In this document: piece by piece, positions 1 through 11,641 of the stretch
Position numbering within the stretch: the stretch's first letter is position 1
How the letters are laid out: every line of letters begins with the position of its first letter
NCBI GenBank assembly: GCA_944386645.1
Contig: CALXBW010000002.1
Location: 8,581-72,580, forward strand
Direction: 5' to 3'
Length of the DNA: 64,000 nt
Source of the DNA: an uncultured Clostridia bacterium
GTDB taxonomy: Bacteria; Bacillota; Clostridia; TANB77; CAG-508
The notes under the pieces: generated by a model
The model's database searches: none
Told to the model about the DNA's origin: nothing
The model's input: only the letters and a program-made list of their open reading frames with translations
Program-made: the position numbers and the translations under genes

Positions 1-626
1 ATTTTTCCTGTACCATTACAATTAGAACATGTTTTTGAAGTTCTCATTTGCCCTAAAATTGTTGTAACAACTTGTTGTATTTTACCAGTTCCACCACACA
101 TATTACATGTCTCAGGATGTGTACCTGGTCTTGATTTTTCTCCATGACACGTCTTGCATTCTTCATTTCTTGTAAGCACAATTTCTTTTTCAATACCTGT
201 ATATGCTTCTTCAAATGTAATTTCAACATTATATCTTAAATCTGCACCTCTTCTAGGTCCTGCATTTCTACCAGAACCTCCTCCAAAGTCAAATCCAAAT
301 CCCTTAAATATATTAGAAAATATATCATCGTCAAAGCCACCGCCATAATTTGTATATGTATAGCTTCCACTTTGCCCATTAAATCCACCAAAACCTGAAG
401 GTCCATCTGGTCCAAATTGATCATACATTTGTCTTTTTTGTTTATCAGATAAAGTTTCGTAAGCCTCATTTATTTCTTTAAATTTAGCCTCCGCCTCTTT
501 CTTATTATCAGGATTTGCGTCTGGATGATATTTTTTTGCTAATTTCCTATATGCTTTTTTTAGTTCTTCATCAGTCGCATCTTTGCTTACACCAAGAATT
601 TCATAATAATCTCTTTTTGAAGCCAT
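1..626 (-). CDS. dnaJ: Chaperone DnaJ (N-terminal J-domain through CxxCxGxG zinc-finger repeats; C-terminus runs off window start)
   Basis: Reverse translation from ATG at 626-624 gives [13 protein letters not shown]...HPD J-domain, G/F-rich linker and CxxC zinc-finger motifs; sits downstream of dnaK in the same orientation. Confidence 0.9.
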   Translation of the reverse strand, partial: MASKRDYYEILGVSKDATDEELKKAYRKLAKKYHPDANPDNKKEAEAKFKEINEAYETLSDKQKRQMYDQFGPDGPSGFGGFNGQSGSYTYTNYGGGFDDDIFSNIFKGFGFDFGGGSGRNAGPRRGADLRYNVEITFEEAYTGIEKEIVLTRNEECKTCHGEKSRPGTHPETCNMCGGTGKIQQVVTTILGQMRTSKTCSNCNGTGK

Positions 627-660
627 CTAATTCCTCCTATGGTCTGTTTATTATCATTTT

Positions 661-690
661 AAGTTCTAGAAAGTTAAATTTCTAGAACTT
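661..690 (-). terminator. Perfect 12-bp stem/6-nt loop hairpin in dnaK-dnaJ intergenic spacer (attenuator/partial terminator)
   Basis: aagttctagaaa-gttaaa-tttctagaactt read directly; lies between dnaK stop (710) and dnaJ start (626). Confidence 0.4.
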
Positions 691-709
691 AAATAAGACC
701 TATTATAAA

Positions 710-2596
<1,887 letters not shown>

Positions 2597-2621
2597 TTAA
2601 ATCTCTTATAAACATATATTA

Positions 2622-3140
2622 TTAATTTGCTACTATAACCATTGAATGTCTTATAACTTTATTGCCTATTTTATATCCAGCTCTAAATTCATCTTTAATC
2701 TCTTGTTCTCCTAAATTTGGATCTTCAACATGATTTACTGCTTCATGTATTTCAGGATCAAATTTTTTTCCTACGCTTTCAATTTTTTGAACACCAAAAG
2801 AATTTAAAACATCTTTTATTTGTTTATCTACAAGTTCAATTCCTTGTTTATATTGTTCATCTTTTGTTTGTGTGTTAACAGCTTTGTCTAAATTGTCTAC
2901 TGCTGGTAATATAGCTGATATAACATCAGCTAGTATAGAATTATATAATAATTCTCTTTCTTTAGAACTTCTTTTTTTGTAATTTTCAAACTCAGCCATT
3001 AATCTTTTTAGCCTATCTGTCGTTTCTTCTAATTCCTTATTAATTTTTTCTAGTTCAGTATTTTCTTGATTTACACTTTCTTCATTAATTGCTTGTTCTT
3101 TTTTTTCTTCATTTTCATTATTGTTTACATTTTCTTGCAT
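2622..3140 (-). CDS. grpE: Nucleotide exchange factor GrpE
   Basis: 172-aa ORF with acidic N-terminus and RLKRLMAEFENYKKR GrpE motif; lies between hrcA and dnaK. Confidence 0.92.
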   Translation of the reverse strand: MQENVNNNENEEKKEQAINEESVNQENTELEKINKELEETTDRLKRLMAEFENYKKRSSKERELLYNSILADVISAILPAVDNLDKAVNTQTKDEQYKQGIELVDKQIKDVLNSFGVQKIESVGKKFDPEIHEAVNHVEDPNLGEQEIKDEFRAGYKIGNKVIRHSMVIVAN

Positions 3141-3165
3141 TATATCCCTTCTTTCTTTTGATATA

Positions 3166-4191
3166 CTAATCTTTGTCCATTTGCTCCCATCTATTGTCTA
3201 GTATCTTCTTTATATATTTCATAACAGAAATTACTTTTGAGTAATCCATTCTAGTTGGACCAATAATTCCAATAGTCCCTAAATCTTTCTCATCAAGTGA
3301 ATTTTTAAAAGTTATAATACTAAGATTTTTTAATTCATCATACTCATTTTCATTTCCTATATATACATTTATATTTTTTTCATTTGTACTATTTAATACA
3401 GATAAAACAAGTTCATTTGTATCTAATATTTTTAAAACATTTCTTGCAACTTCTACATTATTAAACTCTGGAAAATCAAAAACCTTTTCTTTGCCTTCTA
3501 AATATATATTATTATCTGCATTAATTACTTTGTTTATTTCTTGTAATATTGGTCTTATTATTTTTAATTCACAATTTATTTCAGATATAATATATTCTTC
3601 CATTGAAGTATCTATTTGTCCTAATGGCTTTCCTCTTAATTTATTATTAAATATAAAATTTAAATTTTCAACTTGTAACTCTGTTATATCTGAGTCAAAT
3701 TTTATTATAGATTCTTTTATTATACCTGTATCTGTTAATATTACAGCCATTAATACTCTTGTTCCTAATAATACAAATTTTATATCTGTAATAATATGAG
3801 TAGATGTTTTTGGTCCAATCGCTACTGAAGTATAATGAGTAATCTCAGATAATGTATTTGTAGCTATTTTTGTTAGTTCTTCTATCTCATTTACATTAGC
3901 AGTTAATCTATTAGTAATATATCTAATTTCATCAAAACTTATATTATTAGAATTTAACAACTCATCTACATACAATCTATATCCTTTAGCAGAAGGTACT
4001 CTACCGGCTGATGTATGTGGTTTTTCAAGATATCCAGTTTTCTCTAAATTATTCATTTCATTTCTGATAGTTGCACTACTAAAATTAAATCCATAATTAT
4101 CTACTATAGAAGCTGAACTAACTGGCTCAGCAGTTCCAATATATTCTTCTATAATTGCTTGTAATATTCTTTTTTTCCTATCATCAAGCAT
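3166..4191 (-). CDS. hrcA: Heat-inducible transcription repressor HrcA
   Basis: 341-aa ORF starting MLDDRKKRILQAIIEEYIGTAEPVSSASIV; first gene of hrcA-grpE-dnaK-dnaJ; CIRCE immediately upstream. Confidence 0.93.
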   Translation of the reverse strand: MLDDRKKRILQAIIEEYIGTAEPVSSASIVDNYGFNFSSATIRNEMNNLEKTGYLEKPHTSAGRVPSAKGYRLYVDELLNSNNISFDEIRYITNRLTANVNEIEELTKIATNTLSEITHYTSVAIGPKTSTHIITDIKFVLLGTRVLMAVILTDTGIIKESIIKFDSDITELQVENLNFIFNNKLRGKPLGQIDTSMEEYIISEINCELKIIRPILQEINKVINADNNIYLEGKEKVFDFPEFNNVEVARNVLKILDTNELVLSVLNSTNEKNINVYIGNENEYDELKNLSIITFKNSLDEKDLGTIGIIGPTRMDYSKVISVMKYIKKILDNRWEQMDKD

Positions 4192-4204
4192 ATAATCACC
4201 TCTT

Positions 4205-4231
4205 TTAGCACTTTACATATCAGAGTGCTAA
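4205..4231 (-). promoter_or_regulatory. CIRCE operator (HrcA binding site)
   Basis: TTAGCACTT-TACATATCA-GAGTGCTAA matches CIRCE consensus TTAGCACTC-N9-GAGTGCTAA; 14 bp upstream of hrcA start. Confidence 0.9.
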
Positions 4232-4237
4232 CCTTCA

Positions 4238-4269
4238 TATATATTATATCCATAATTCTCTTTTGTCAA
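4238..4269 (-). promoter_or_regulatory. Sigma-A type promoter of the hrcA operon
   Basis: On minus strand, TTGACA-N16/17-TATAAT-like (ttgacaaaagagaattatggatataat) immediately upstream of CIRCE. Confidence 0.5.
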
Positions 4270-4336
4270 TACTTTTTATTTAAAATTCACAAAATGAACA
4301 TAATTCAATATAATTTTAAAATTTTTAGAATCATAA

Positions 4337-4376
4337 CCACCCGTTTTACGGGTGGTTATGATTCTATTACCAATAT
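4337..4376. terminator. Strong hairpin (17-bp stem) downstream of minus-strand gene 4458-5588
   Basis: agaatcataaccacccg-tttta-cgggtggttatgattct, flanked by A/T runs. Confidence 0.6.
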
Positions 4377-4457
4377 AATTAATATATTTCTTTTCTTACT
4401 ATTCATTTATCATTCTTCTAAAATTATTAAAATAATATTTATTTTAGTTGTTATTTA

Positions 4458-5588
4458 TTAATTCTTTGTTGGATCATATGGTTCTGTACTATTAGGATTA
4501 CCATTATTTTTTGTTGAGTCTATTTTTATATAAGTAGTTGTATTATTAGTTATATCATACATTACAACTGTATCTCCTTTAGTAGAATTTTCTCCTGTTG
4601 TTTCTTTTTGTTCTTTATTAACATAAATAATTTTATATCCATCATAATTATCTATAATATAATTTAAAAAATCTTGTACTTTACTCTCTCCAATATAAAA
4701 TGCTTTACCTGAATCAAGTATATTAGTTATTAGATATCCTTTATCTGTTAATGATACACTTATATTTTTATATCCTAATAGTGGAATATCAACACCTATT
4801 TCTATACTGTAATTTTCTGATGTATGTATTCCCGTGTCATTATCACTATATATATTTTTCAAATTTACATCATTAAATAACATTTGCCAAATTATATTAT
4901 TATCTACATTATAAAATTCAATTTTGGAATATTCCATATTACATTCTAAATTTTTATTCCAATAATTATAATGTATTGTACCAAAAGAAACTATATTTTT
5001 TAAGTTTAAATCTTCCATAAATTCACCTAGTGTTGTTGGTTTATAATATGAATTTACATATACATAATAGTCACTATCATTTTCAAACTGTACTGCAATA
5101 ACACATTTCTGAGATAAATCATTTACAGAATATATATCCCCATTCTTATTATAACTAGTTTTTGTATATGTGTCATATCCAGTTAAAATTGCTGTACCTA
5201 TTTTATTTCCTATCTTATCTCTTTCAATCTTTGTTGTCCTACTAGAATATCTATTGTTATTATAATTGACCTCACTAAATTGTTGACTAATAGACATTTC
5301 TTCCCAACGTGGTACTATTGCTGTAGCTGATTCTGTTGAACTAGAATCTCCATATACTTCTTTTATCATCCATTGTCCATCTTTTTTATTTTGAACAGTT
5401 TTTGAATTAAATAAATTACTCGCATTAAACCCTATAATTGCAATAATTATTATACATATTGGTATTAAAGCATATCTAATTTTAAATTTTTTCATACTAC
5501 TCACTCCTTCCACTTTTGATAGAATTGCGTTGTAGTTCTTTTCTTTATTAAAATCTTTTTCTATCTCTTTTTTTAAATTATTATACAT
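4458..5588 (-). CDS. Membrane-anchored protein co-transcribed with ECF sigma factor (putative anti-sigma/sensor partner)
   Basis: 376 aa; single TM (IPICIIIIAIIGF) after a short cytoplasmic N-terminus; overlaps upstream sigma gene by 8 bp. Confidence 0.5.
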   Translation of the reverse strand: MYNNLKKEIEKDFNKEKNYNAILSKVEGVSSMKKFKIRYALIPICIIIIAIIGFNASNLFNSKTVQNKKDGQWMIKEVYGDSSSTESATAIVPRWEEMSISQQFSEVNYNNNRYSSRTTKIERDKIGNKIGTAILTGYDTYTKTSYNKNGDIYSVNDLSQKCVIAVQFENDSDYYVYVNSYYKPTTLGEFMEDLNLKNIVSFGTIHYNYWNKNLECNMEYSKIEFYNVDNNIIWQMLFNDVNLKNIYSDNDTGIHTSENYSIEIGVDIPLLGYKNISVSLTDKGYLITNILDSGKAFYIGESKVQDFLNYIIDNYDGYKIIYVNKEQKETTGENSTKGDTVVMYDITNNTTTYIKIDSTKNNGNPNSTEPYDPTKN

Positions 5589-6120
5589 CTTCTATATCAC
5601 CTTCTAACTTTACATCTTTTTTTATATTCTTTATAGTTCTATATAGGACATTTTTAACATTAGATTCACTCATATATAATTGTTCTGCAATTTGTGATAT
5701 TTTTAATTCTGAATAATAATATAAATAAAAAATTTTAATTACAGTAATATTCTTTTGTTTAATATATTTCCAAACCTCTTGTGCATTTAATTTTGTTACT
5801 ACATCCATTTCTGTATTAAGATCAGATGGAATTTCTAATTCATATTTTTCATCATCAATAGAATAATTTTTTTGTTTATATAATAACCCATAATATCTTT
5901 GTATTTTCTTTTTTGCTATTCCTATTATATAATTTTGATAATTTTCTAATACTATATATTCCTTTCTTTTTAAGATTTTATATAGTTCTATATAAGTTTC
6001 TTGTAATAAATCATTAACATCATCAATATTTAAGCATTTGCAAACAATATACATTAAGGTGCGATTATATGTATTATTATATATTTCTTCAAAATTTTCT
6101 ATGGATAATTGAATACTCAT
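5581..6120 (-). CDS. ECF-type RNA polymerase sigma-70 family factor
   Basis: 179 aa with region-2-like QETYIELYK and region-4 HTH (SQIAEQLYMSESNVKNVLYRTIKNIKK). Confidence 0.7.
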   Translation of the reverse strand: MSIQLSIENFEEIYNNTYNRTLMYIVCKCLNIDDVNDLLQETYIELYKILKRKEYIVLENYQNYIIGIAKKKIQRYYGLLYKQKNYSIDDEKYELEIPSDLNTEMDVVTKLNAQEVWKYIKQKNITVIKIFYLYYYSELKISQIAEQLYMSESNVKNVLYRTIKNIKKDVKLEGDIEDV

Positions 6121-6565
6121 TTCTATCTCCTTTGTTATATAGTGCCTTATTTTTACAAAAAAGTTTCTTTTTTTTGTAAATTTTTATATTTTTTTCATAA
6201 TACCATAAAAATATTTTTCACTCAAGGAAAAAATAGGATATAACGAAATCGAAGATTTCTATATTCTCGTATATACTAAATTAATTTGCAATTGTCTGTT
6301 TCTCTCTTTCTGTTAATACTTGTATATTAATTACTTGAATTGGTTTCATCTCATAATACTACTCATGCAGCAAAAAAAATGAAATATATACAATATTTAA
6401 AATCTAAATTTTAATATATCGATATATTTCATTTTATACAAAAAAAGTTTTAAATAACTTAAAAGGGGATATATAATTAAATAAATTTTAATATTAATTT
6501 AAAATAATAAATCACCAACTTATATCGCATCTCTCCTTTCATTTAAAATTTAGTTATAATATTTC

Positions 6566-6796
6566 CTATGCAATATATTTTGAAATCTCTCTTGTTGTTA
6601 AAACTTTTCCTTGGCTAACTAGTTTATCATTAATAACTAATCCAGGAATATTTTTTACTCCATATTTATCTAATGACTTTTTATCATCTAATTTTTCTAC
6701 TTCTATATCCTGATTTATCTCATCTGACAATCTTGTAATCATTTTATACAACTTCATGCCATTACTACAATTCGACCCTATAATTTTTATATTCAT
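6566..6796 (-). CDS. Small thioredoxin-family protein (MTH895-like fold; CxxC motif degenerate, CSNG)
   Basis: 76 aa MNIKIIGSNCSNG...VINDKLVSQGKVLT resembles small thioredoxin-like redox-active disulfide proteins, but only one Cys is in the motif. Confidence 0.45.
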   Translation of the reverse strand: MNIKIIGSNCSNGMKLYKMITRLSDEINQDIEVEKLDDKKSLDKYGVKNIPGLVINDKLVSQGKVLTTREISKYIA

Positions 6797-6983
6797 CCAT
6801 TCACCACCATTTCTATAATAAATTTCTTATTATTTTACAATACATCTTTCTTAATCACTCCCTTCTTAATTGTTGTACTTATTTTATCCATGTTTTATGT
6901 ATTTTTGGTGAATATTTTTTGTATTTTAGGTAAAAAAATACCATCAAATATTAATTTTATATTAACATTTAATGGTCATAAAA

Positions 6984-8207
6984 TTATATTATATGTTTGT
7001 ATAACTTAATTTCAAATGTAGTTCCCTTGTTTGGCTCACTTTTTACTGTTATTGTACCATTTTGTTGCTCTATTATTCTTTTTGCAAGTGATAATCCAAC
7101 ACCTATACTATCCTTATTTGAATTTTTTCCTTTATAAAACTTTTTAAAAATATTTTCTAAATCTGTTTTATTTATACCCTCTCCATAATCTACTATTTTT
7201 ATAGAAGTATATACAGAATTAGTCTCGCATTCTATATCTATCTCTCCATTTTCTCTTGAATGCTCTATAGCATTTTTTATTATATTTATTACTGCTTCCT
7301 TCATCCAATCTTTATCTATATAAATTTCTATATTTTCATTTATTTTAGTTACAACATTTACATTATTTATTTCTATTATAATTTCAAGTTTTTTAACACA
7401 ATCATTAATAAATTCATTTAAATTTATACTCTCAAATTTATAATTAACTGTTTTTGTATCTAATTTTGCAAGTTTCAATAATGAAACTAGGAGCCAGTTA
7501 ATCCATTTTATTTGTTTAGTTACTTCATGTAAAATTTTATTTTTTCTATCTTCATCTATATTTTTTTCACTTGATAATATATCTAACATAACTGATATTG
7601 ATGTTAATGGAGTTTTTATTTGATGTGATATATCAGAAATTGAATCAGATAAAGCTTTTTTCTCTTTTTTTAAAATATCATTTTCCTCTCTTAACATAAC
7701 AGTTACTTTATATATATTATTTTTAAGTAAACTTATCTCTCCTTCATTATTACTACTTACTAATAAAGAATAGTTTTTATTATATAATTCTTCTAAATAA
7801 TATGATATTTTTCTAAGTTTCTTATTTTTTATTAACTCATATATTATAAATATAGTTAATAAAATTACAAACAATAATAAAACAAATAAAATATTGAATA
7901 TAAGATTTCTATTTGTTTTTTCTTCTAAATTTAAATTTATTAATATTTCATCTGTATTTATTCCATACTTTTTTAAAATGTTATCTGTATTATTTACATC
8001 ATTAACATTTATTATTTCTTTTATAATTACATCCTTAAATTCTGGGTATTTTTCATCAACAATCTCTATAACAGACATTAATATATTATTTAACTCTTTT
8101 TTATATTCATCTTGTTGAAACTTAAAAATCAAAAATAGACATATAGTAGCTAAAGCTATAAATAATAGCTCTATGATTATTAAAATTTTTATATCTCTAT
8201 TTTTCAT
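6984..8207 (-). CDS. Sensor histidine kinase (two TM segments, HisKA H-box, HATPase_c)
   Basis: 407 aa; H-box SDISHQIKTPLTSI; G-box GVGLSLAKRIIEQQNGTITVKSEPNKGTTFEI. Confidence 0.85.
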   Translation of the reverse strand: MKNRDIKILIIIELLFIALATICLFLIFKFQQDEYKKELNNILMSVIEIVDEKYPEFKDVIIKEIINVNDVNNTDNILKKYGINTDEILINLNLEEKTNRNLIFNILFVLLLFVILLTIFIIYELIKNKKLRKISYYLEELYNKNYSLLVSSNNEGEISLLKNNIYKVTVMLREENDILKKEKKALSDSISDISHQIKTPLTSISVMLDILSSEKNIDEDRKNKILHEVTKQIKWINWLLVSLLKLAKLDTKTVNYKFESINLNEFINDCVKKLEIIIEINNVNVVTKINENIEIYIDKDWMKEAVINIIKNAIEHSRENGEIDIECETNSVYTSIKIVDYGEGINKTDLENIFKKFYKGKNSNKDSIGVGLSLAKRIIEQQNGTITVKSEPNKGTTFEIKLYKHII

Positions 8208-8888
8208 CTAATCACCTATTTTATATCCAATTCCTCTTACTGTTTTTATTATCTTTGGATTTGCTACATCATCTTCTATTTTTTCTCTTATCCTTTTTAT
8301 ATATACAGTTAATGTATTATCATTAACAAAATTTCCTGCAATATCCCATATTTTTTCTAAAATTTGCTCCCTTGTTAAAATACTTCCTTTATTTAAAAAT
8401 AACATTGATATAATTTTGGTTTCTAATGCAGTTAAATTTAACTCTTTTCCATCTTTATATAAAATATTTTTGTTAACATTATACTCTACATTATTAACTC
8501 TTATTACCTCATCTATGTTTTTCTTCTTATTATATCTTCTTAATATATTGTTTACTCTTGAAACTAATTCTCTACCTCTAAATGGCTTTGTTATGTAATC
8601 ATCTGCACCAATATCTAAGCCATTTACAATATCATTTTCATCACCTAAAGCTGTTAAAAATATAATTGGTACATCCTTAATTTTTTTAAAGTATTTAAAT
8701 AATTCAATTCCATTTCCTATAGGTAAACATATATCTAGAATTATAAGATTAAAATCAATTTTATCAAATTTTAATTTCGCATCTATTTCATCTTCTGCTA
8801 TTATTACTTTTTTTCCATCTGATTCTAAAAAATATCTTATACTATTTGAAATTATTGAATTATCCTCTACTACTAAAATATTTTCCAA
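8208..8888 (-). CDS. OmpR-family response regulator
   Basis: 226 aa; receiver MENILVVEDN...LDICLP; winged-helix C-terminus TVRGIGYKI. Confidence 0.9.
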   Translation of the reverse strand: MENILVVEDNSIISNSIRYFLESDGKKVIIAEDEIDAKLKFDKIDFNLIILDICLPIGNGIELFKYFKKIKDVPIIFLTALGDENDIVNGLDIGADDYITKPFRGRELVSRVNNILRRYNKKKNIDEVIRVNNVEYNVNKNILYKDGKELNLTALETKIISMLFLNKGSILTREQILEKIWDIAGNFVNDNTLTVYIKRIREKIEDDVANPKIIKTVRGIGYKIGD

Positions 8889-8897
8889 TGTATCCCC

Positions 8898-9560
8898 CTA
8901 TATTTTTCTAAAAACTCCACTTACTTTTCCAAGAATTTTACAATCATCTACAATTATTGGACTCATTGAACTATTTTCTGGTTGTAATCTTATATGATCT
9001 TTTTCTTTATAAAATGTTTTTACTGTTGCCTCATCTTCTATTAAAGCAACTACAATTTCTCCATTTTCTGCTGTATTTTGCTTTCTTACCAATATGTAAT
9101 CACCATCTAGAATTCCAGCTTCAATCATACTTTCTCCTCTAACAGTAAGCATGAAACTTTCACTGTTTCCAACAAAATCTATTGGTATAGGAAAAGTATC
9201 TGTTATATTTTCTACTGCTAAAATAGGAGCACCTGCTGTTATTCTACCTACAACTGGCACATCAACCATTTCTTTTCTTGTATATAACTCTTTTTCTGTA
9301 TTTTTATTCTCTAAACCACCTTTTAATACTTTTAAAGTTCTTCCTTTTTGTTGTTCTCTTTTTATAAAGCCCTTTTCTTCTAATTTATTTAAATATCCAT
9401 GTACTGTTGCTGTAGATTTTAATCCAACAGCTTTTCCAATCTCTCTAACAGATGGCGGATAACCATTTGTTCTTATTTGCTTTTGAATAAATTTTAAAAT
9501 AGCTTTTTCTTTATCATTTAGCTCGATATTAACATTATTTTTTTTCTTTCTCATATACAC
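8898..9560 (-). CDS. lexA: LexA repressor (S24 peptidase)
   Basis: w[36 protein letters not shown]; AG cleavage site ITAGAPI; S24 Ser/Lys region VRGESM...LVRKQ. Confidence 0.85.
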   Translation of the reverse strand: MYMRKKKNNVNIELNDKEKAILKFIQKQIRTNGYPPSVREIGKAVGLKSTATVHGYLNKLEEKGFIKREQQKGRTLKVLKGGLENKNTEKELYTRKEMVDVPVVGRITAGAPILAVENITDTFPIPIDFVGNSESFMLTVRGESMIEAGILDGDYILVRKQNTAENGEIVVALIEDEATVKTFYKEKDHIRLQPENSSMSPIIVDDCKILGKVSGVFRKI

Positions 9561-9642
9561 TTCTCCCTTTCCTTGGTATACACATATTGATATTAACCTT
9601 TGATTTTTACCTATTTTTGCAAAAGTATATCACATAAAAAAA

Positions 9643-9680
9643 AATAAGTCAAACAAAAGTTTTGCAAGACTTATTTTTTA
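9643..9680 (-). terminator. Rho-independent terminator downstream of M23 peptidase gene
   Basis: aataagtc...gacttatt stem, followed on minus strand by a T8 run. Confidence 0.5.
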
Positions 9681-9690
9681 ACGTATTACT

Positions 9691-10575
9691 CTATTGTTGT
9701 ACATAAATACCTGGATCTACATTTTCATTATCTTTTAATATTTCAAAATGTAAATGTGGTTCATCAGAGATTTCAAATATAGCAGTATTACCAACTGTTC
9801 CTATTGTTTGTCCACTTTTTATTTCTTCACCTTCTGTTACAAATTCAGCTGTTAGTAAATTAGAATATACTGTTCTAAAATTATTTTGATGTTCTATAAC
9901 TACTGTTAGCCCATATCTAGGATCATTTTTTATAGATATGACTTTCCCATCTGCAGCAGCTTTTACAACACTTGTTTTTTCAGCTTTTATATCTATACCT
10001 GGATGTGTAACCCATTCTTTTAATGTTTCTGAATATACTAATTTATCTTTTGCATATTCTCTTAATGTTTCTCCTTCAACAGGTTTAATAAAAATCGGAT
10101 CTTCAACTTTTTCTTCTTTAACATCTTTCTTTTCATCTTCTATATTAGTTTCTGTAGTTGTTGTAGTTTCCTCTGTTTTGTTTGTATTTGTATTATTAGA
10201 AACAGTATTATTTGCAATAGTATTTTCATTTTTTGTAGTATTTGCTGTATTTGTATTTGATACACTACTATTTGTATTATTTACACTATTTTGTTCTTTT
10301 AACGATTTTTCAGACTCTGTAACGTTTTTTCCTAGTGAGCTACTTGCTTCTTTTGAAGTATTTTCTACTGTATTATTATTTGGAACTAAATCTGTGACTT
10401 TAGAAGTAATAAGTTTACTTTCTTCCTCCTTTTGTGAAGTATTTGTGTTTATAAATATTAAAGCTATAATTATAAGTAGTACAATAGTGCCTACTGATAA
10501 ACCTATATATAATATAGATTTAGAATTTTCATTATTTTTTATTCTATTATCTCTTCTCATTATTTTCCTCCTCAA
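9691..10575 (-). CDS. Membrane-anchored M23 family metallopeptidase with Asn/Thr/Ser-rich low-complexity linker
   Basis: C-terminal LytM/M23 signature ...GQTIGTVGNTAIFEISDEPHLHFEILKDNENVDP; N-terminal TM. Confidence 0.8.
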   Translation of the reverse strand: MRRKIMRRDNRIKNNENSKSILYIGLSVGTIVLLIIIALIFINTNTSQKEEESKLITSKVTDLVPNNNTVENTSKEASSSLGKNVTESEKSLKEQNSVNNTNSSVSNTNTANTTKNENTIANNTVSNNTNTNKTEETTTTTETNIEDEKKDVKEEKVEDPIFIKPVEGETLREYAKDKLVYSETLKEWVTHPGIDIKAEKTSVVKAAADGKVISIKNDPRYGLTVVIEHQNNFRTVYSNLLTAEFVTEGEEIKSGQTIGTVGNTAIFEISDEPHLHFEILKDNENVDPGIYVQQ

Positions 10576-10625
10576 AATTAGTCTTTATCAAAAGTATTTC
10601 CTTTTTTTTGAAGAATATACATAAT

Positions 10626-11624
10626 TTAATAATTTATTATTTCTACACCACTATAAAAATGTTTTATAATTTCTTCATAATTCATTCCTTGTTTAGCTAA
10701 ACTATCACTTCCTGTTTGGCTCAATCCTACACCATGACCATAACCTATAACCTCAAACTTTACTTTTTCACCATTAAAACTAATTTTAAAATTTGTAGCT
10801 CTTAATCCTAACAATGTTCTAATTTCAACACCAGATATATTTTTATTTCCTACTTTTAAAGTTTTTACTCTACCTGAATCTGTATATTCTAATATTTTTA
10901 TATTTTCTTCATTTAAACTATCAATTACTAAATCTGAATATTTAGACTTAATTTTATCTTCTAATTCTTCCTTACTAAATTCTGCCTCAGACGCATATTG
11001 TGAATAATTCTCCTCTCCAGATGTTTCTACGCATTGCAAATATGGATATCCGCTTCCACCCCAAACATTTATTGGCATTTCTGTCTTTCCTCCACTATTT
11101 GAATGAAAAAATGCATTTATTGGTTCTCCATTATATGTAATTATCTTTCCTTGAGTACTATTAACTGCATTAACAATTTTTCCCCAATTTTCTTCTCTTT
11201 TTCCTTCTTCCCACCTATTCATTCTATCTTCTTTTGAAATCCATGCTTGGCAACATGTAGAATCATCACATATATCAGCTTCTCCATGTTTTCCACCACT
11301 ATTTATTATTTTATAAATAGTATATGTTCTTGCAACAACTGCTTGAGCTTTTAATGCCTCAAGCTCAAAATCAACTGGCATTTCCGCAGAAACCACACCA
11401 TATAAATACTCATCTAGTTTAACTTCCTCTATAGTATTATTTTTTTTATGTAATAATGATATAGTATCATACTCTTTGTAATTGTAATTTGAAATACTTG
11501 ACTGAGCTGTATTTTCTTGAGTTTCAGCCGATACATTGCTCGTTTGAAATGATTTAGTAAAAAACATAGGTATAGCAAAACAAATTACAATAATCAATAA
11601 AATATATATAACCAATTTTCTCAT
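10626..11624 (-). CDS. spoIID: SpoIID/LytB-domain protein (stage II sporulation protein D-like)
   Basis: 332 aa; YLYGVVSAEMP...ALKAQAVVARTY and C-terminal GYGHGVGLSQTGSDSLAKQG signature. Confidence 0.78.
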   Translation of the reverse strand: MRKLVIYILLIIVICFAIPMFFTKSFQTSNVSAETQENTAQSSISNYNYKEYDTISLLHKKNNTIEEVKLDEYLYGVVSAEMPVDFELEALKAQAVVARTYTIYKIINSGGKHGEADICDDSTCCQAWISKEDRMNRWEEGKREENWGKIVNAVNSTQGKIITYNGEPINAFFHSNSGGKTEMPINVWGGSGYPYLQCVETSGEENYSQYASEAEFSKEELEDKIKSKYSDLVIDSLNEENIKILEYTDSGRVKTLKVGNKNISGVEIRTLLGLRATNFKISFNGEKVKFEVIGYGHGVGLSQTGSDSLAKQGMNYEEIIKHFYSGVEIINY

Positions 11625-11641
11625 AAATCACCTACATATTA

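Noticed and set aside
6566-6796. Calling the 76-aa protein an active thioredoxin/glutaredoxin
   Set aside because: The expected CxxC is CSNG (single Cys), so only the fold, not redox activity, can be claimed.
10140-10330. Apparent DNA repeat region inside the M23 peptidase gene (and 13396-13560)
   Set aside because: It is in-frame Asn/Thr/Ser-rich low-complexity coding sequence (linker), not a repeat element or CRISPR array. No CRISPR repeat-spacer architecture is found anywhere in the window.
9938-10624. 228-aa plus-strand ORF (also 16591-17097, 46165-46635, 46682-47080, 51041-51709, 24313-24696, 12540-12926)
   Set aside because: Antisense to well-supported minus-strand genes (M23 peptidase, QueA, CtpA, FtsE, ABC exporter, SpoIIAB). 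Translations are low-complexity Phe/Leu/Ser-rich, as expected from reverse frames of AT-rich coding DNA, with no RBS.
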